The notes under the pieces are model-generated. The model ran no database searches. It worked only from the letters and a program-made list of their open reading frames with translations, and was not told where the DNA came from. Both the position numbers and the translations under genes were made by a program. Shown here piece after piece: positions 10,591-25,298 of a DNA stretch of 51,258 nucleotides (positions are counted from its first letter, which is position 1; every line of letters begins with the position of its first letter). The stretch is taken from positions 1 to 51,258 of the forward strand of contig JAFAXA010000243.1 in the NCBI GenBank assembly GCA_019241425.1. Reading direction: 5' to 3'. This DNA comes from Acetobacteraceae bacterium. GTDB taxonomy: Bacteria; Pseudomonadota; Alphaproteobacteria; Acetobacterales; Acetobacteraceae.

Positions 10591-10928
10591 GGCCGTACGA
10601 CCTTGGCCAAGGCCCGCTTGACGTCGCCGATCAGGGCCGCGAAGGGCCGGAAGCGCGTCCGGTCACGGCCGATCAGCACCAGGTCGACGCCGGATACCGG
10701 CTGCTCGCGAAGCGCCAGGCGCGCGGCTTCGCGGAGGCGCCGGCGCGTGCGGTTGCGCACCACTGCGTTGCCGACCTTCTTGGTGACGGTGAAGCCCAAC
10801 CGGGCCGGAGCGGCGTCCCCGCGCAGAAAGGCTTGCAGCACCAGACCCGGCATCGGCGCCTTACGTCCGGTTGAGGCCACGCGCAGAAACTCCGCCCGGC
10901 GCTTCAGGCGCTGAGACGCGGGTTCCAT
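10587..10928 (-). CDS. rnpA: ribonuclease P protein component
   Basis: RLKRRAEFLRV...GFTVTKKVGNAVVRNRTRRRLRE motif. Start at MEPASQ (ATG 10928). Confidence 0.86.
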   Translation of the reverse strand: MEPASQRLKRRAEFLRVASTGRKAPMPGLVLQAFLRGDAAPARLGFTVTKKVGNAVVRNRTRRRLREAARLALREQPVSGVDLVLIGRDRTRFRPFAALIGDVKRALAKVVRP

Positions 10929-10950
10929 GTGGTTTCCGCCGCGCTGGCGC

Positions 10951-11085
10951 TCAGGCCGACAACCGTTTGCGGCCCTTGGCACGGCGGCTGGCGAGCACCT
11001 TGCGGCCCCCCACCGTCGCCATGCGGGCGCGAAAACCGTGCCGGCGCTTGCGAACAAGCTTCGACGGTTGATAGGTGCGCTTCAC
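10951..11085 (-). CDS. rpmH: 50S ribosomal protein L34
   Basis: Below the ORF-track length cutoff. Hand translation from GTG at 11085 gives (M)[43 protein letters not shown], then TGA at 10951-10953. Confidence 0.92.
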   Translation of the reverse strand: MKRTYQPSKLVRKRRHGFRARMATVGGRKVLASRRAKGRKRLSA

Positions 11086-11257
11086 GACTTCACTCCGAAT
11101 GTCCCAAGGCGGCCCAACGGCGCGAGCCCGCCTGACGCGGCCCGCATGCAGGCCGCCCGATCGCCAGGGGGCGGCTTATAGGGGCGCGTTCCAGCCGCGT
11201 CAATGAAACGGCCCCCCCTCGCGCCGGTCGCTGGAACCGGAGCCGGCTCGGTGCGGA

Positions 11258-11926
11258 TCAGAAATCCAGATCGGCGTAGTGGTCGGGCGGCGTGATGCCG
11301 GGGATGCGGTCGGCCAGCACGCCGCGAAAGCATGGGCGCGACTTCATCCGGGCATACCATTCCCGCGCCGAGGGCGAGACCGTCCAATCGACGTCGCCCA
11401 CGAAATCGAGCGAGGATAGTTGCGCCGCGGCGGCAAAATCCGCGAGCGAAAGGTCCCCGCCCGCGAGCCACGAACGCGTTTCCGCGAGCCAGCCGATATA
11501 GAGCAGGTGATCCTTGATGGCGGTGTAGCCGACCCGAAGTGCGGCGGCGTTCGGCTCGCCGCGGCCAAGCAGGCGTTTCATGAATTTTTCGCCGACCAGG
11601 TTGCGGGTCACCTCGGCCGCGAACTTGCCGTCGAACCACTGCACGAGGCGGCGGATTTCAACGCGGTCGGCGGGCGTCCGCCCGAGAAGCCGGGTGTCCG
11701 GATACGCTTCCTCCAGGTATTCGCAAATAACAGCGGAGTCCGGAACGACCAGACCGCTATCCTCCAGCAAGGTCGGCACCGTACCGGCGGCGTTCAATTC
11801 CAGATACTCAGGCCGCCGTTCCCACACCTTCTCGAGCTTCAGCTCGAACGGCAGACGCTTCTCGGAAAGAACAAGCCGCACCTTGCGCGAATAGGGTGAA
11901 AGCGGCAGGTGGTACAGGTAACGCAT
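11258..11926 (-). CDS. glutathione S-transferase family protein
   Basis: Thioredoxin-like N-domain (LSPYSRKVRLVL, GTVPTL, SAVICEYL) plus a helical C-domain. Confidence 0.85.
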   Translation of the reverse strand: MRYLYHLPLSPYSRKVRLVLSEKRLPFELKLEKVWERRPEYLELNAAGTVPTLLEDSGLVVPDSAVICEYLEEAYPDTRLLGRTPADRVEIRRLVQWFDGKFAAEVTRNLVGEKFMKRLLGRGEPNAAALRVGYTAIKDHLLYIGWLAETRSWLAGGDLSLADFAAAAQLSSLDFVGDVDWTVSPSAREWYARMKSRPCFRGVLADRIPGITPPDHYADLDF

Positions 11927-12027
11927 CGGCGCGGTTTAGCGCATCGGCGGAGTCGTTGCACCTTCACGTGGCACGGGCGGGGCTCGCCGCCCCTGCTCGG
12001 GCGCGGAGCGGCGAACACCCTGGAACA

Positions 12028-16578
<4,551 letters not shown>

Positions 16579-16583
16579 GCGCG

Positions 16584-18020
16584 TCACTCCGCCGCGACCG
16601 CGAGGGCCGGTTGGTTCTGGATGTATTCGTGGATGTGCTTGGCCGCGTCCCGCCCGTCGCGGATCGCCCACACGACGAGGCTCGCGCCGCGCACGATGTC
16701 GCCCGCCGCGAACACGCCGGGAAGGCTCGTCATGGCGGTGCGATGATTGATCTTGAGGGTGCCCCAGCGGCTCACCTCGAGCCCCTCGGCGCCGAACAGG
16801 CGCGGCAGATCCTCGGGATCGTAGCCGAGCGCCTTGATGACGAGGTCGGCCTTCAGCGTGAAATGGCCGCCTTCGACGGGTTCGACCGATTGCCGGCCGG
16901 AGGCGTCCGGCAAGCCGAGATGCATGCGGATGGCGCGCACGCCCGTCACCTTTTCGTCGCCGAGAAAGGCCTCCGGCGCCGATAGCCAGACGAACTCGAC
17001 GCCCTCCTCCTCCGCGTTCTTCACCTCCCGCATGGAGCCGGGCATGTTCGCCTTGTCCCGTCGATAGAGGCATTTCACCGATTTCGCGCCCTGGCGCACG
17101 GCGGTGCGGACGCAATCCATCGCGGTATCGCCGCCGCCGATCACCACCACGTCCTTGCCGGCTGCGTCGAGCAGGCCGGACTGGAATGCGGCAACCGTTT
17201 CGCCGAGGCCCTGGCGGTTGGAGGCGATCAGGAAGTCGAGCGCCGGGACGATGCCGGTGAGACCCGCCCCGGGGCCGCCGATGTCGCGCGCCTTGTAAAC
17301 GCCGGTCGCGATCAGGACCGCATCATGCTTCTCGCGCAATTGGCTGAGCGGGGTCGCGCTGCCGATCTCGGCGCCGAGGACGAAGTGCACGCCGGATTCC
17401 TCGTATTGCCGCCAGCGCCGCAGCACCACCTCCTTTTCCAGCTTGAAGTTCGGGATGCCGTAAATCAGCAGGCCGCCCGGCCGGTCGTAGCGGTCATAGA
17501 GCGACACCTGATAGCCGCGCCGGCGGAGTTGCTCGGCGGCGGCGAAGCCCGCCGGCCCGGCGCCGACGATGCCGACGGAGCGCTCCAGCTCGACCCGCGG
17601 CCGGATCGGCCTCACCCAGCCTTTCTCGAAGGCGGTGTCGGTGATGAATTTCTCGACTGCGCCGATCGTGACGCTTTCGAACCCCTTCTCGATGACGCAA
17701 TTGCCCTCGCACAACCGATCCTGGGGACAGATGCGGCCGCAAATCTCGGGGAATGTGTTGGTTGCGGAACTTACCTCGTACGCTTCTTCGAGGCGGTTTT
17801 CGGCCGTCAGCTTGAGCCAGTCGGGGATGTTGTTGTGGAGCGGGCAATGCACCGAGCAGAACGGCACGCCACATTGGCTGCACCGGCTGGACTGCACCTG
17901 CGCTTCGGGGATTGCGAATTCACGATAGATTTCGCCGAAATCGGAGCGCCGCTCGTCGATGCCGCGCTTCGCCGGCTGCTGCTGAGGAACACTGACAAAT
18001 TTCAGCATACGCTCGGGCAT
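16584..18020 (-). CDS. gltD: glutamate synthase small subunit (NADPH)
   Basis: Fe-S Cys clusters (CSQCGVPFC, CPLHNNIP, CGRICPQDRLCEGNC) and two dinucleotide folds (VGIVGAGPAG, VVVIGGGDTAMD). Confidence 0.94.
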   Translation of the reverse strand: MPERMLKFVSVPQQQPAKRGIDERRSDFGEIYREFAIPEAQVQSSRCSQCGVPFCSVHCPLHNNIPDWLKLTAENRLEEAYEVSSATNTFPEICGRICPQDRLCEGNCVIEKGFESVTIGAVEKFITDTAFEKGWVRPIRPRVELERSVGIVGAGPAGFAAAEQLRRRGYQVSLYDRYDRPGGLLIYGIPNFKLEKEVVLRRWRQYEESGVHFVLGAEIGSATPLSQLREKHDAVLIATGVYKARDIGGPGAGLTGIVPALDFLIASNRQGLGETVAAFQSGLLDAAGKDVVVIGGGDTAMDCVRTAVRQGAKSVKCLYRRDKANMPGSMREVKNAEEEGVEFVWLSAPEAFLGDEKVTGVRAIRMHLGLPDASGRQSVEPVEGGHFTLKADLVIKALGYDPEDLPRLFGAEGLEVSRWGTLKINHRTAMTSLPGVFAAGDIVRGASLVVWAIRDGRDAAKHIHEYIQNQPALAVAAE

Positions 18021-18202
18021 GTTGGTGTTCCTTCGTGTACAACTTTAACGGCGCGCCCGGGCCTCCCCTCCCGTCGACACGTGAGTTACAACCTATAAAC
18101 ATCCGGAGCAGCGGCGAAAACAGCTTTTGCGGCGGTTGCTCAACAGTACTGGCCCTTTTCCCGCAATCTTCACATGGAGGTGAACCGGGACGCCTCAAAC
18201 TG

Positions 18203-19198
18203 TCAGCGGGATAGGTCCGTTCCGGCCCTAGCTGGCACTTGCGGGTCGTCGTCCTGGCGCTTTCCGCCGGGCCGAAACCGCTTCAAATAGGACGGCACCA
18301 CCAGGTCGACCGGGGTCGGCGTGACGCCGAGATCGGCGAGCCCCGGCGCGCCCGGCGACACGACGTTGTCGTGGTCGAGCATGTGAAGCTGGTCGCGCGT
18401 CAGCATCTTGCCCGGCAGGCGTTCCAGAATGGCGGCCTGCAAACTCGCGAATGCGTGCGGGATGCCGACCAGCCGGAGCCGCCGCCGCGTCACCTTGAGG
18501 ATGTAGGCGAGGATCTCGCGGAAGGTCCAAACCTGCGGTCCGCCGAGTTCGTAGGTTTTCCCCAGTGCGTCGGTTCTTTCGGTCGCCGCGAGCACCGCAT
18601 CGGCGACGTCGCCGACATAGACCGGTTGCATCCGGGTGGCGCCGGCGATCACCGGCATGAACGGCGAAATCTGCGCCATCGTGCCGAACCGGTTGAAGAA
18701 CGCGTCCTCCGGACCGAACACCAGCGAAGGCCGGAGGATGGTTGCCTGCGGAAAGGCCGCGCGGACGGCCTGCTCGCCGCGGGCCTTGCTCGCGCCGTAC
18801 CGGCTTCGGCTTGCCGGGTCGGCACCGATCGCCGACACGTGAACGAGCCGGGAAACCCCGGAAGCGGCGGCCAGTCGCGCGACGCGGCCAGCGCCTTCGG
18901 CGTGGATGCGATCGAAGTCGCCGGCGCGGTGCTCGGCGAGGACGCCGACCAGGCTCACGACGACGTCCGCATCCTGCACGGCACGCGCAACCGTCGCGTC
19001 GTCCTCGATACGGGCGTAAAGCGGAACGATCTGACCGACGACACCCATCGGCTTCAGGAACAGGGCGCGCTCGGTGTCCCGCACCGCCACGCGCACGATG
19101 TAGCCGCGTTGCGCGAAGCGCTTGACGATGTAGCGCCCGAGAAATCCCGAGCCGCCGAACACCGTGGCAATCTGCCGGGTCGCCCCAGTTGAAACCAT
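18203..19198 (-). CDS. NAD(P)H-binding, complex I NDUFA9-like atypical SDR protein
   Basis: VFGGSGFLGRYIV Rossmann motif; length and overall pattern match NDUFA9-family proteins. Confidence 0.8.
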   Translation of the reverse strand: MVSTGATRQIATVFGGSGFLGRYIVKRFAQRGYIVRVAVRDTERALFLKPMGVVGQIVPLYARIEDDATVARAVQDADVVVSLVGVLAEHRAGDFDRIHAEGAGRVARLAAASGVSRLVHVSAIGADPASRSRYGASKARGEQAVRAAFPQATILRPSLVFGPEDAFFNRFGTMAQISPFMPVIAGATRMQPVYVGDVADAVLAATERTDALGKTYELGGPQVWTFREILAYILKVTRRRLRLVGIPHAFASLQAAILERLPGKMLTRDQLHMLDHDNVVSPGAPGLADLGVTPTPVDLVVPSYLKRFRPGGKRQDDDPQVPARAGTDLSR

Positions 19199-19256
19199 GC
19201 GCCGCTCCTTCGTACATCACATTGATACGCATGGGCGGAGGAGGCCTCAAGCCGGG

Positions 19257-19285
19257 TTGACGGCCTGACACCCGAGGTCTACATC
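19257..19285 (+). promoter_or_regulatory. candidate sigma-70 promoter for tRNA-Leu
   Basis: TTGACG-N17-TACATC, about 50 nt upstream of the tRNA 5' end. Pattern match only. Confidence 0.25.
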
Positions 19286-19333
19286 GCGCGCCCACCGGAC
19301 GGCCGGTATTTTGCCGCTCGCGCCCGCACCGGT

Positions 19334-19420
19334 GCCCAGGTGGCGGAATTGGTAGACGCGCAGGTTTCAGGTACCTGTGGCCGCAAGGTCGTGGAAGTTC
19401 GAGTCTTCTCCTGGGCACCA
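19334..19420 (+). tRNA. tRNA-Leu (anticodon CAG), CCA encoded
   Basis: Acceptor GCCCAGG/CCTGGGC, anticodon stem CAGGT/ACCTG with loop TTCAGGT, long variable arm, T-loop GTTCGAGTC; 87 nt. Confidence 0.92.
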
Positions 19421-19449
19421 GCAGCCGGGCGCAACACCCAGCGGGAGCC

Positions 19450-20109
19450 GTGCCGTTGAGCACCACTCAGTTCATGCCGGGCGCAACGCTCCATCTGCAT
19501 CGCGACGATCTGCCGGAAACCGTCGGATTCGGGGCGATGGTTGCGATCGATACGGAAACCATGGGCCTCGATCCGCACCGGGACCGGCTGTGCCTCGTCC
19601 AGCTCTCGGCCGGCGACCGCACCGCGCATCTGGTGCAACTCGCGCCGCCATCCCTCGGCGGCCGCGGCTACGATTGTCCCAACCTGAAGCGGGTGCTCGC
19701 CGATCCTGAGATCATCAAATTGTTCCATTTTGCGCGGTTTGATGTCGCTGTGTTGCAGCACAACCTGGGCGTGACGGTTGCGCCCGTCCGCTGCACGAAA
19801 ATCGCCTCCAAACTCGTTCGCACCTACACGGACCGCCACGGGCTCAAGGATCTCTGCCGCGAATTGCTGGGCGTCGAGCTTTCCAAGCAGCAGCAATCCT
19901 CGGATTGGGGCGCCCCCGTTTTGCAGGCGGAGCAGATCGCCTACGCGGCCTCCGACGTGCTGTATTTGCACGAACTCTGGGCGAAGCTGGAAAGCCTGCT
20001 CGCGCGCGAAAGACGGCGGGAACTGGCCGAGCGCTGTTTCGCCTTTCTGCCCACGCGCGGCGCGCTCGATCTGCTCGGCTACGACGAACCGGACATTTTT
20101 TCCCACTAA
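19450..20109 (+). CDS. rnd: short RNase D-type 3'-5' exonuclease
   Basis: DEDD motifs (AIDTETMGL, FHFARFDV, YAASDVLYL). The start may instead be ATG at 19474. Confidence 0.8.
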   Translation: MPLSTTQFMPGATLHLHRDDLPETVGFGAMVAIDTETMGLDPHRDRLCLVQLSAGDRTAHLVQLAPPSLGGRGYDCPNLKRVLADPEIIKLFHFARFDVAVLQHNLGVTVAPVRCTKIASKLVRTYTDRHGLKDLCRELLGVELSKQQQSSDWGAPVLQAEQIAYAASDVLYLHELWAKLESLLARERRRELAERCFAFLPTRGALDLLGYDEPDIFSH

Positions 20110-20232
20110 ATCCATAAGACGCCCATTTTGGCATGAAATTTGTCGGGGCTGGGTGATCGCAACCGGGAGAAGGTTGACCCGGCTCTACCCGGCGCACATA
20201 CAGACGGGACCCATTGCGGAGATTCGACCTTG

Positions 20233-21219
20233 ATGACGGCGGCCGTCGCGACCGTGCGCGAGGACCTCGACGTGGCGCGTTCCGTGCTGTCCCTGGAGGC
20301 GGCGGGCCTGCGCGCCCTATCGGCGGCGCTCGACGGCAGCTTCACGGCCGCCGTGGAGCGGCTGGCCGGGATAGCGGGCCGCGTCGTTGTGACCGGCATG
20401 GGCAAGTCGGGGCACATCGCCCGCAAGGTCGCGGCGACCCTCGCCTCCACGGGGACGCCCGCTCTGTTCGTGCATCCCGCTGAAGCGTCGCATGGCGACC
20501 TCGGGATGGTGGTCGCGGGCGACGCCGTGCTCGCCTTTTCGAACTCCGGGGAGACCAGCGAGCTTGCGGATCTGGTCGCCCACACGCGGCGGTTCGGGTT
20601 GCCGCTGATCGCGGTCACGGCGCGGCCGGCATCCACACTCGCCGCGGCGGCGGATGTGGTGCTGCTCCTGCCGGCGGCGGCGGAAGCCTGCCCGATGGGG
20701 CTCGCGCCGACCACCAGCACGGCGATGCAGATGGCGCTTGGGGACGCGCTGGCGGTCGCGTTGCTGACCCGGCGCGGCTTCACGGCCTCCGAGTTCCGGC
20801 AATTCCATCCGGGCGGCCGCCTGGGCGCCAAACTCAGGCGGGTGCGCGAATTGATGCATGCGGGCGACGCCGTGCCGCTCGCCGAACCCGATACGCCGAT
20901 GCATCAGGCCCTGCTGGTCATGACCGCCAAGCGATTCGGCTGCGTCGGCGTAGTCGAGAACGGGTCCGGCCGTCTGCTCGGCATCGTCACCGACGGCGAT
21001 CTCCGGCGCGCGATGGGACCTGATCTGCTGGGCCGGACGGTCCGAAGCATCATGACGCCAAGCCCGCGCTCGATCGGGCCGGAGGCGCTGGCCGCTCAGG
21101 CGCTGCACGCGATGAACGGCGGCGCCCGCCCGATCACCACCCTGTTCGTGGTAGACGGGGCCGGACGGCCGATCGGCATTCTGCACATCCACGACTTGTT
21201 GCGGGCCGGCCTCGCGTGA
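20233..21219 (+). CDS. kdsD: KpsF/GutQ-family arabinose-5-phosphate isomerase (SIS + 2 CBS)
   Basis: GRVVVTGMGKSGHIARKVAATLASTGTPA SIS motif with CBS pairs at the C-terminus. Start at MTAAVA (20233). Confidence 0.88.
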   Translation: MTAAVATVREDLDVARSVLSLEAAGLRALSAALDGSFTAAVERLAGIAGRVVVTGMGKSGHIARKVAATLASTGTPALFVHPAEASHGDLGMVVAGDAVLAFSNSGETSELADLVAHTRRFGLPLIAVTARPASTLAAAADVVLLLPAAAEACPMGLAPTTSTAMQMALGDALAVALLTRRGFTASEFRQFHPGGRLGAKLRRVRELMHAGDAVPLAEPDTPMHQALLVMTAKRFGCVGVVENGSGRLLGIVTDGDLRRAMGPDLLGRTVRSIMTPSPRSIGPEALAAQALHAMNGGARPITTLFVVDGAGRPIGILHIHDLLRAGLA

Positions 21220-21890
21220 ACACCGCGCCCGCCGAGCGTCCGCGCCGCGCCATCGAGCATCTGGTTTCGGCGACGGCGTCCCGCATCCGCCGTCCGCCCA
21301 CCTCCCGCCGGATCGCGCGCCGACGGATGGCGGTGCTGGTCGGCAAGTGGGTGTTGCCGGCGGGCGCCCTTGCCCTGCTGGCGATGATTGCCCTTTGGCC
21401 GGAGTTCGACCGGGCGGTGGATCAGAGCCGGATGGCGCTGCGGCGCCTCGGCCAGAACGTCGACGGCGCGACCGTGGTCGATGCGCGGTATCGGGGCGTC
21501 GACGAACGCGGCCGGCCCTATACGATCACCGCGTCGGTTGCGACCCAGGTCGGGCCGGAGCGGGTCAACCTGACCGATCCCAAGGGCGACATCGTCCAGG
21601 AAAGCGGCTCCTGGCTGATGGTGCAAGCGCAGCAGGGCGTGTTCATGCAGCACGCGAACCAGCTCGACCTGTCGCACGACGTGGTGCTGTACCGGGACGA
21701 CGGCACGACCTACCGTACCCAGAGCGCCGCGATCGACCTCAAGAACGGCGCGGCGGCGGGTGCCGAACCGGTGCACGCGGAAGGGCCGTTCGGCGTGCTG
21801 GACGCTCAGGGGTTCACGGCGACGGACAAGGGCGCCGGGATGCAGTTCGCCGGTCCCGCCCATCTTGTGATGAACGCGCATTCGCAATGA
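21216..21890 (+). CDS. lptC: LPS export system protein LptC
   Basis: N-terminal TM anchor plus an OstA-like fold; positioned between kdsD and lptA. GTG start overlaps the kdsD stop. Confidence 0.78.
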   Translation: MNTAPAERPRRAIEHLVSATASRIRRPPTSRRIARRRMAVLVGKWVLPAGALALLAMIALWPEFDRAVDQSRMALRRLGQNVDGATVVDARYRGVDERGRPYTITASVATQVGPERVNLTDPKGDIVQESGSWLMVQAQQGVFMQHANQLDLSHDVVLYRDDGTTYRTQSAAIDLKNGAAAGAEPVHAEGPFGVLDAQGFTATDKGAGMQFAGPAHLVMNAHSQ

Positions 21891-22909
21891 CCCGGCTGAC
21901 AACGGGGGTTTGGCTGGGGCTGGCGCTTGCCCTTTGCGTCGCCACGCGGGCTGCGGCGCAGGGGATCGATCTGTCCAAGGGCGGCCCGATCGACATTACC
22001 GCGAGCGACGGCATCGAGTGGGAGCAGAACGCGAAAAAGGTGATCGCGCGCGGCAATGCCCGCGCGGTTCGGGAGAACGTAACGGTGACCGCGGACCGGC
22101 TGATCGCCTATTATCGGCGGAAAGCGGGTGGCAAAGCCGGCGCGGGCACGGCCCCCGAGGCGCAGGGCGGCGCGGCCCCCGTCACCTCGTCCGCTTCCGG
22201 CGGCCTTGCCGGTGGTGACGCCGACAGCGCCGGCAATGAGGTGTTCCGGGTCGAGGCGGAGGGTAATGTTCACATCTCCACCCCGACCGATCACGCCGAA
22301 GGCGACCACGCCGTGTACGACCTCGACCAGGCGGTGATGGTGATGAGGGGGCGCAATCTGAAGCTGACCACGCCTCAGGATGTGCTGACGGCGCGGGATA
22401 CGCTGGAATACTGGGCGCAGAAGCACATGGCGGTGGCGCGAGGCGATGCCGTGGTGGTGACCAATGACGGCCGGCGGCTGGCTGCGGACACGCTCGTCGC
22501 GTACACGACGGACACGGCGCAGACCGACGGCCACGCCGGGACCACCAAGGCGAGCGCACGGACGGAAAACGCCGGGGACGACCCGCTCGCCTCATCCGGC
22601 AAGCTCCAGAAGGTCGATGCGATCGGCAACGTGTCGATCCGCACCGCGATCGAAACCGTGACGGGGGACCGGGCCGTCTACGTGCCCGAAACCGGCTTGG
22701 CGCGGCTCGGTGGCCATGTTCGGATCACCCGCGGCCAGAACCAGCTCAACGGCGCCGAAGCCGAAGTCAATCTCAAGACCGGCGTATCGACCCTGATCTC
22801 CGGTTCAGCCGGACGCGTCCAGGGCCTGGTTGTGCCGAACGATGCGAACGGGGCGGGCGGCGCGTCCGCCGGCAAGGCAAAACCGCCGCCGAAGGAAAAG
22901 CAGCCGTGA
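21887..22909 (+). CDS. lptA: LPS transport periplasmic protein LptA (OstA-like) with a long C-terminal extension
   Basis: Signal peptide MTRLTTGVWLGLALALCVATRAAAQ, then OstA repeats (ITASDGIEWEQNAKKVIARGNARAV). ATG at 21887 overlaps the lptC stop. Confidence 0.82.
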   Translation: MTRLTTGVWLGLALALCVATRAAAQGIDLSKGGPIDITASDGIEWEQNAKKVIARGNARAVRENVTVTADRLIAYYRRKAGGKAGAGTAPEAQGGAAPVTSSASGGLAGGDADSAGNEVFRVEAEGNVHISTPTDHAEGDHAVYDLDQAVMVMRGRNLKLTTPQDVLTARDTLEYWAQKHMAVARGDAVVVTNDGRRLAADTLVAYTTDTAQTDGHAGTTKASARTENAGDDPLASSGKLQKVDAIGNVSIRTAIETVTGDRAVYVPETGLARLGGHVRITRGQNQLNGAEAEVNLKTGVSTLISGSAGRVQGLVVPNDANGAGGASAGKAKPPPKEKQP

Positions 22910-23673
22910 ACGACATGCGGCCGAATGCCGAGTTGCGGGTGCTGGCGGGCGCAGGCGGCCTGATCGCGACCGGCGTCGGCAAGACGTATAAGAAGCGCCC
23001 GGTGGTGCGGAATGTGTCGGTAAACGTCCATCGCGGCGAAGCGGTCGGCCTGCTCGGCCCGAACGGCGCCGGCAAGACGACCACGTTCTACATGATTGTC
23101 GGGCTCGTTCGCCCCGATACGGGCGCGATCAAGCTGGACGGCGCGGATATCACGACCTTGCCGATGTACCGGCGCGCGCGGCTCGGCATCGGCTATCTGC
23201 CGCAGGAAGCGAGCGTTTTTCGTGGCCTCAATGTCGAGGGCAACATCATGGCGGCGCTGGAGGTGGTCGAAACCGACCCCGACCGCCGCTCCATGCTGCT
23301 CGACGAGTTGCTGGCCGAGTTCGGCATCGCGCATCTGCGGCGCACACCGGCGCTTGCACTCTCGGGCGGCGAGCGGCGGCGCGTCGAGATCGCGCGGGCG
23401 CTGGCGACCCAGCCGGGCTACATTCTGCTTGATGAACCGCTCGCCGGCATCGACCCGATCGCGGTTGGCGAAATCCGCGATCTCGTATCGCATCTGAAGG
23501 ATCGCGGCATCGGCGTTCTGATCACCGACCACAACGTTCGCGAAACGCTGGAAATCATCGACCGCGCATACATCATGCATGATGGCCAGGTCTTGATGGA
23601 GGGACGCCCCGACGAGGTGGTGACGCATGAGGACGTGCGACGCGTCTACCTCGGGGAAAGGTTCAGTCTTTAA
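22906..23673 (+). CDS. lptB: LPS export ABC transporter ATP-binding protein
   Basis: Walker A GPNGAGKTT, signature LSGGERRR, Walker B ILLDEP. Confidence 0.94.
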   Translation: MNDMRPNAELRVLAGAGGLIATGVGKTYKKRPVVRNVSVNVHRGEAVGLLGPNGAGKTTTFYMIVGLVRPDTGAIKLDGADITTLPMYRRARLGIGYLPQEASVFRGLNVEGNIMAALEVVETDPDRRSMLLDELLAEFGIAHLRRTPALALSGGERRRVEIARALATQPGYILLDEPLAGIDPIAVGEIRDLVSHLKDRGIGVLITDHNVRETLEIIDRAYIMHDGQVLMEGRPDEVVTHEDVRRVYLGERFSL

Positions 23674-23781
23674 AGCAACAACATGACGCGCCGCGACCGC
23701 TCATCTCAACCTGCGCCCGGATCACCTGCGTTCGCTCCCGCATGTGAGGCCGGCGGCGCCGTGCGCTGAAGCGGCGCGGCC

Positions 23782-25266
23782 GTGGCGATCGGTCCCCGCC
23801 TCGATCTGCGGATGTCGCAGAGCCTGGTGATGACGCCGCAACTGCGGCAGGCGATCAAACTACTGCAATTCTCGAATCTGGAGGTCAGTGCGTTCGTCGA
23901 AGACGAACTCGAGCGCAATCCGATGCTCGAGCGCGCCGACGCAACGGATGGACCGCCGCCCGAACGCCCCGCCCCGGATCAGCTGCCCGCCTCGGCGGGC
24001 GCGGCGGTTCCCGACACGGTAGACCACACCCGGTCGGACACGCTGCCCGATGGCGCCGCGCAGCCGCTCGATTTCGACACCGCCGAACTATATGACAGCG
24101 GGCCGGGCGACGGCGTCGCGCATGGCCGGGGCGCCGCTTATGAGTTCGACAGCGATGCGCGCAGCATCGAGCAGGTCGCGGCGGGCGCGCCGTCTTTGCG
24201 CGAGCATTTGGGCGAGCAACTGCGCCTCACGTTTCCGGACCCGAGCGAGCGCCTGATCGGCGCGCATCTGGTTGCGCTGCTCTGCCCGGCGGGCCGGCTC
24301 ACCGCGCAGCCGCAGGCCATTGCCGATGCGCTCGGGACCGACTGCGATCGGGTGGAAGCGGTTCGCGCCCGCATGATGCGCTTCGACCCGACCGGGTTGT
24401 TCGCGCTCAATCTAGCCGAGTGCCTCGCCGTTCAGCTCGCCGAACGCAATCGGCTCGATCCGGCGATGCAGACTTTGCTCGCCAATCTCGATCTGCTCGC
24501 TCGCCGCGACCATCGCCGCCTGACTGCCTTGTGCGGCGTCGATGCGGATGATCTCGGCGATATGATCGCCGAGATTCGCAGACTCAATCCCAAGCCGGGC
24601 AGCGGCTTCGACGCGGCGCCGTTGTCGCCGCTGGTTCCGGACGTTTTGATGCGAAGGCTGCCGGACGGCTCCTGGGGGTTGGAGTTGAACGCGGAGACGC
24701 TACCGCGCGTGCTGGTCAATCACGCATTCTACGCCCGGGTGGCGCCTCACACCGGCAAGGAGGACCGCAGCTTCCTGGCCGAGCGCATCCAAACCGCGAA
24801 CTGGCTGGTCAAATCGCTGCAACAGCGCGCGCAGACGATCCTGAAAGTGGCAAGCGAGATCGTCCGCCAGCAGCACGCGTTTTTTCTGCACGGGGTCGCG
24901 CATTTGCGGCCGCTCATTTTGCGGGACATCGCGGAAGCGGTGGAGATGCACGAAAGCACCGTCAGCCGGGTGACCGCGAACAAGTATATCGCGACCCCGC
25001 GCGGCCTGTTCGAGCTGAAATATTTCTTCACCACCGCGATCGCGGGCACCGCCGGCGGCTTTCACAGCGCCGAAGCGGTGCGGCACCGCATCCGGGCGAT
25101 GATCGGCGCCGAAACTCCCGCCGAGGTGCTATCGGACGACGCGGTGGTCGCGGTGCTCCGGCGGGAAGGCGTGGACATCGCCCGCCGGACCGTGGCCAAA
25201 TACCGGGAAGCGCTGGGCATCCCGAGCTCGGTGCAGCGCAAACGGGAGAAGGCCGTGCCGGCCTGA
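23782..25266 (+). CDS. rpoN: RNA polymerase sigma-54
   Basis: Region I (LRMSQSLVMTPQLRQAIKLLQFSNLE) and RpoN box (ARRTVAKYRE). Confidence 0.96.
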   Translation: MAIGPRLDLRMSQSLVMTPQLRQAIKLLQFSNLEVSAFVEDELERNPMLERADATDGPPPERPAPDQLPASAGAAVPDTVDHTRSDTLPDGAAQPLDFDTAELYDSGPGDGVAHGRGAAYEFDSDARSIEQVAAGAPSLREHLGEQLRLTFPDPSERLIGAHLVALLCPAGRLTAQPQAIADALGTDCDRVEAVRARMMRFDPTGLFALNLAECLAVQLAERNRLDPAMQTLLANLDLLARRDHRRLTALCGVDADDLGDMIAEIRRLNPKPGSGFDAAPLSPLVPDVLMRRLPDGSWGLELNAETLPRVLVNHAFYARVAPHTGKEDRSFLAERIQTANWLVKSLQQRAQTILKVASEIVRQQHAFFLHGVAHLRPLILRDIAEAVEMHESTVSRVTANKYIATPRGLFELKYFFTTAIAGTAGGFHSAEAVRHRIRAMIGAETPAEVLSDDAVVAVLRREGVDIARRTVAKYREALGIPSSVQRKREKAVPA

Positions 25267-25298
25267 CCGTTTCCACCTTCCGGGGGGTAACAGGCAGC

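Noticed and set aside
11086-11257. Possible replication origin or DnaA boxes next to rpmH, as in many bacteria
   Set aside because: I see no TTATCCACA-like boxes or AT-rich unwinding element in the spacer, and dnaA is not adjacent.
16579-17115. N-terminal extension of the gltB ORF (1695 aa in the track), and the N-terminal 387 codons of the 600-aa engB ORF (8565..9725)
   Set aside because: The extensions overlap gltD and yidC out of frame and have junk composition. The conserved protein starts (MERMANARE...EHDSCGVGL for gltB; the TTG before [17 protein letters not shown] for engB) sit just after the upstream stop codons.
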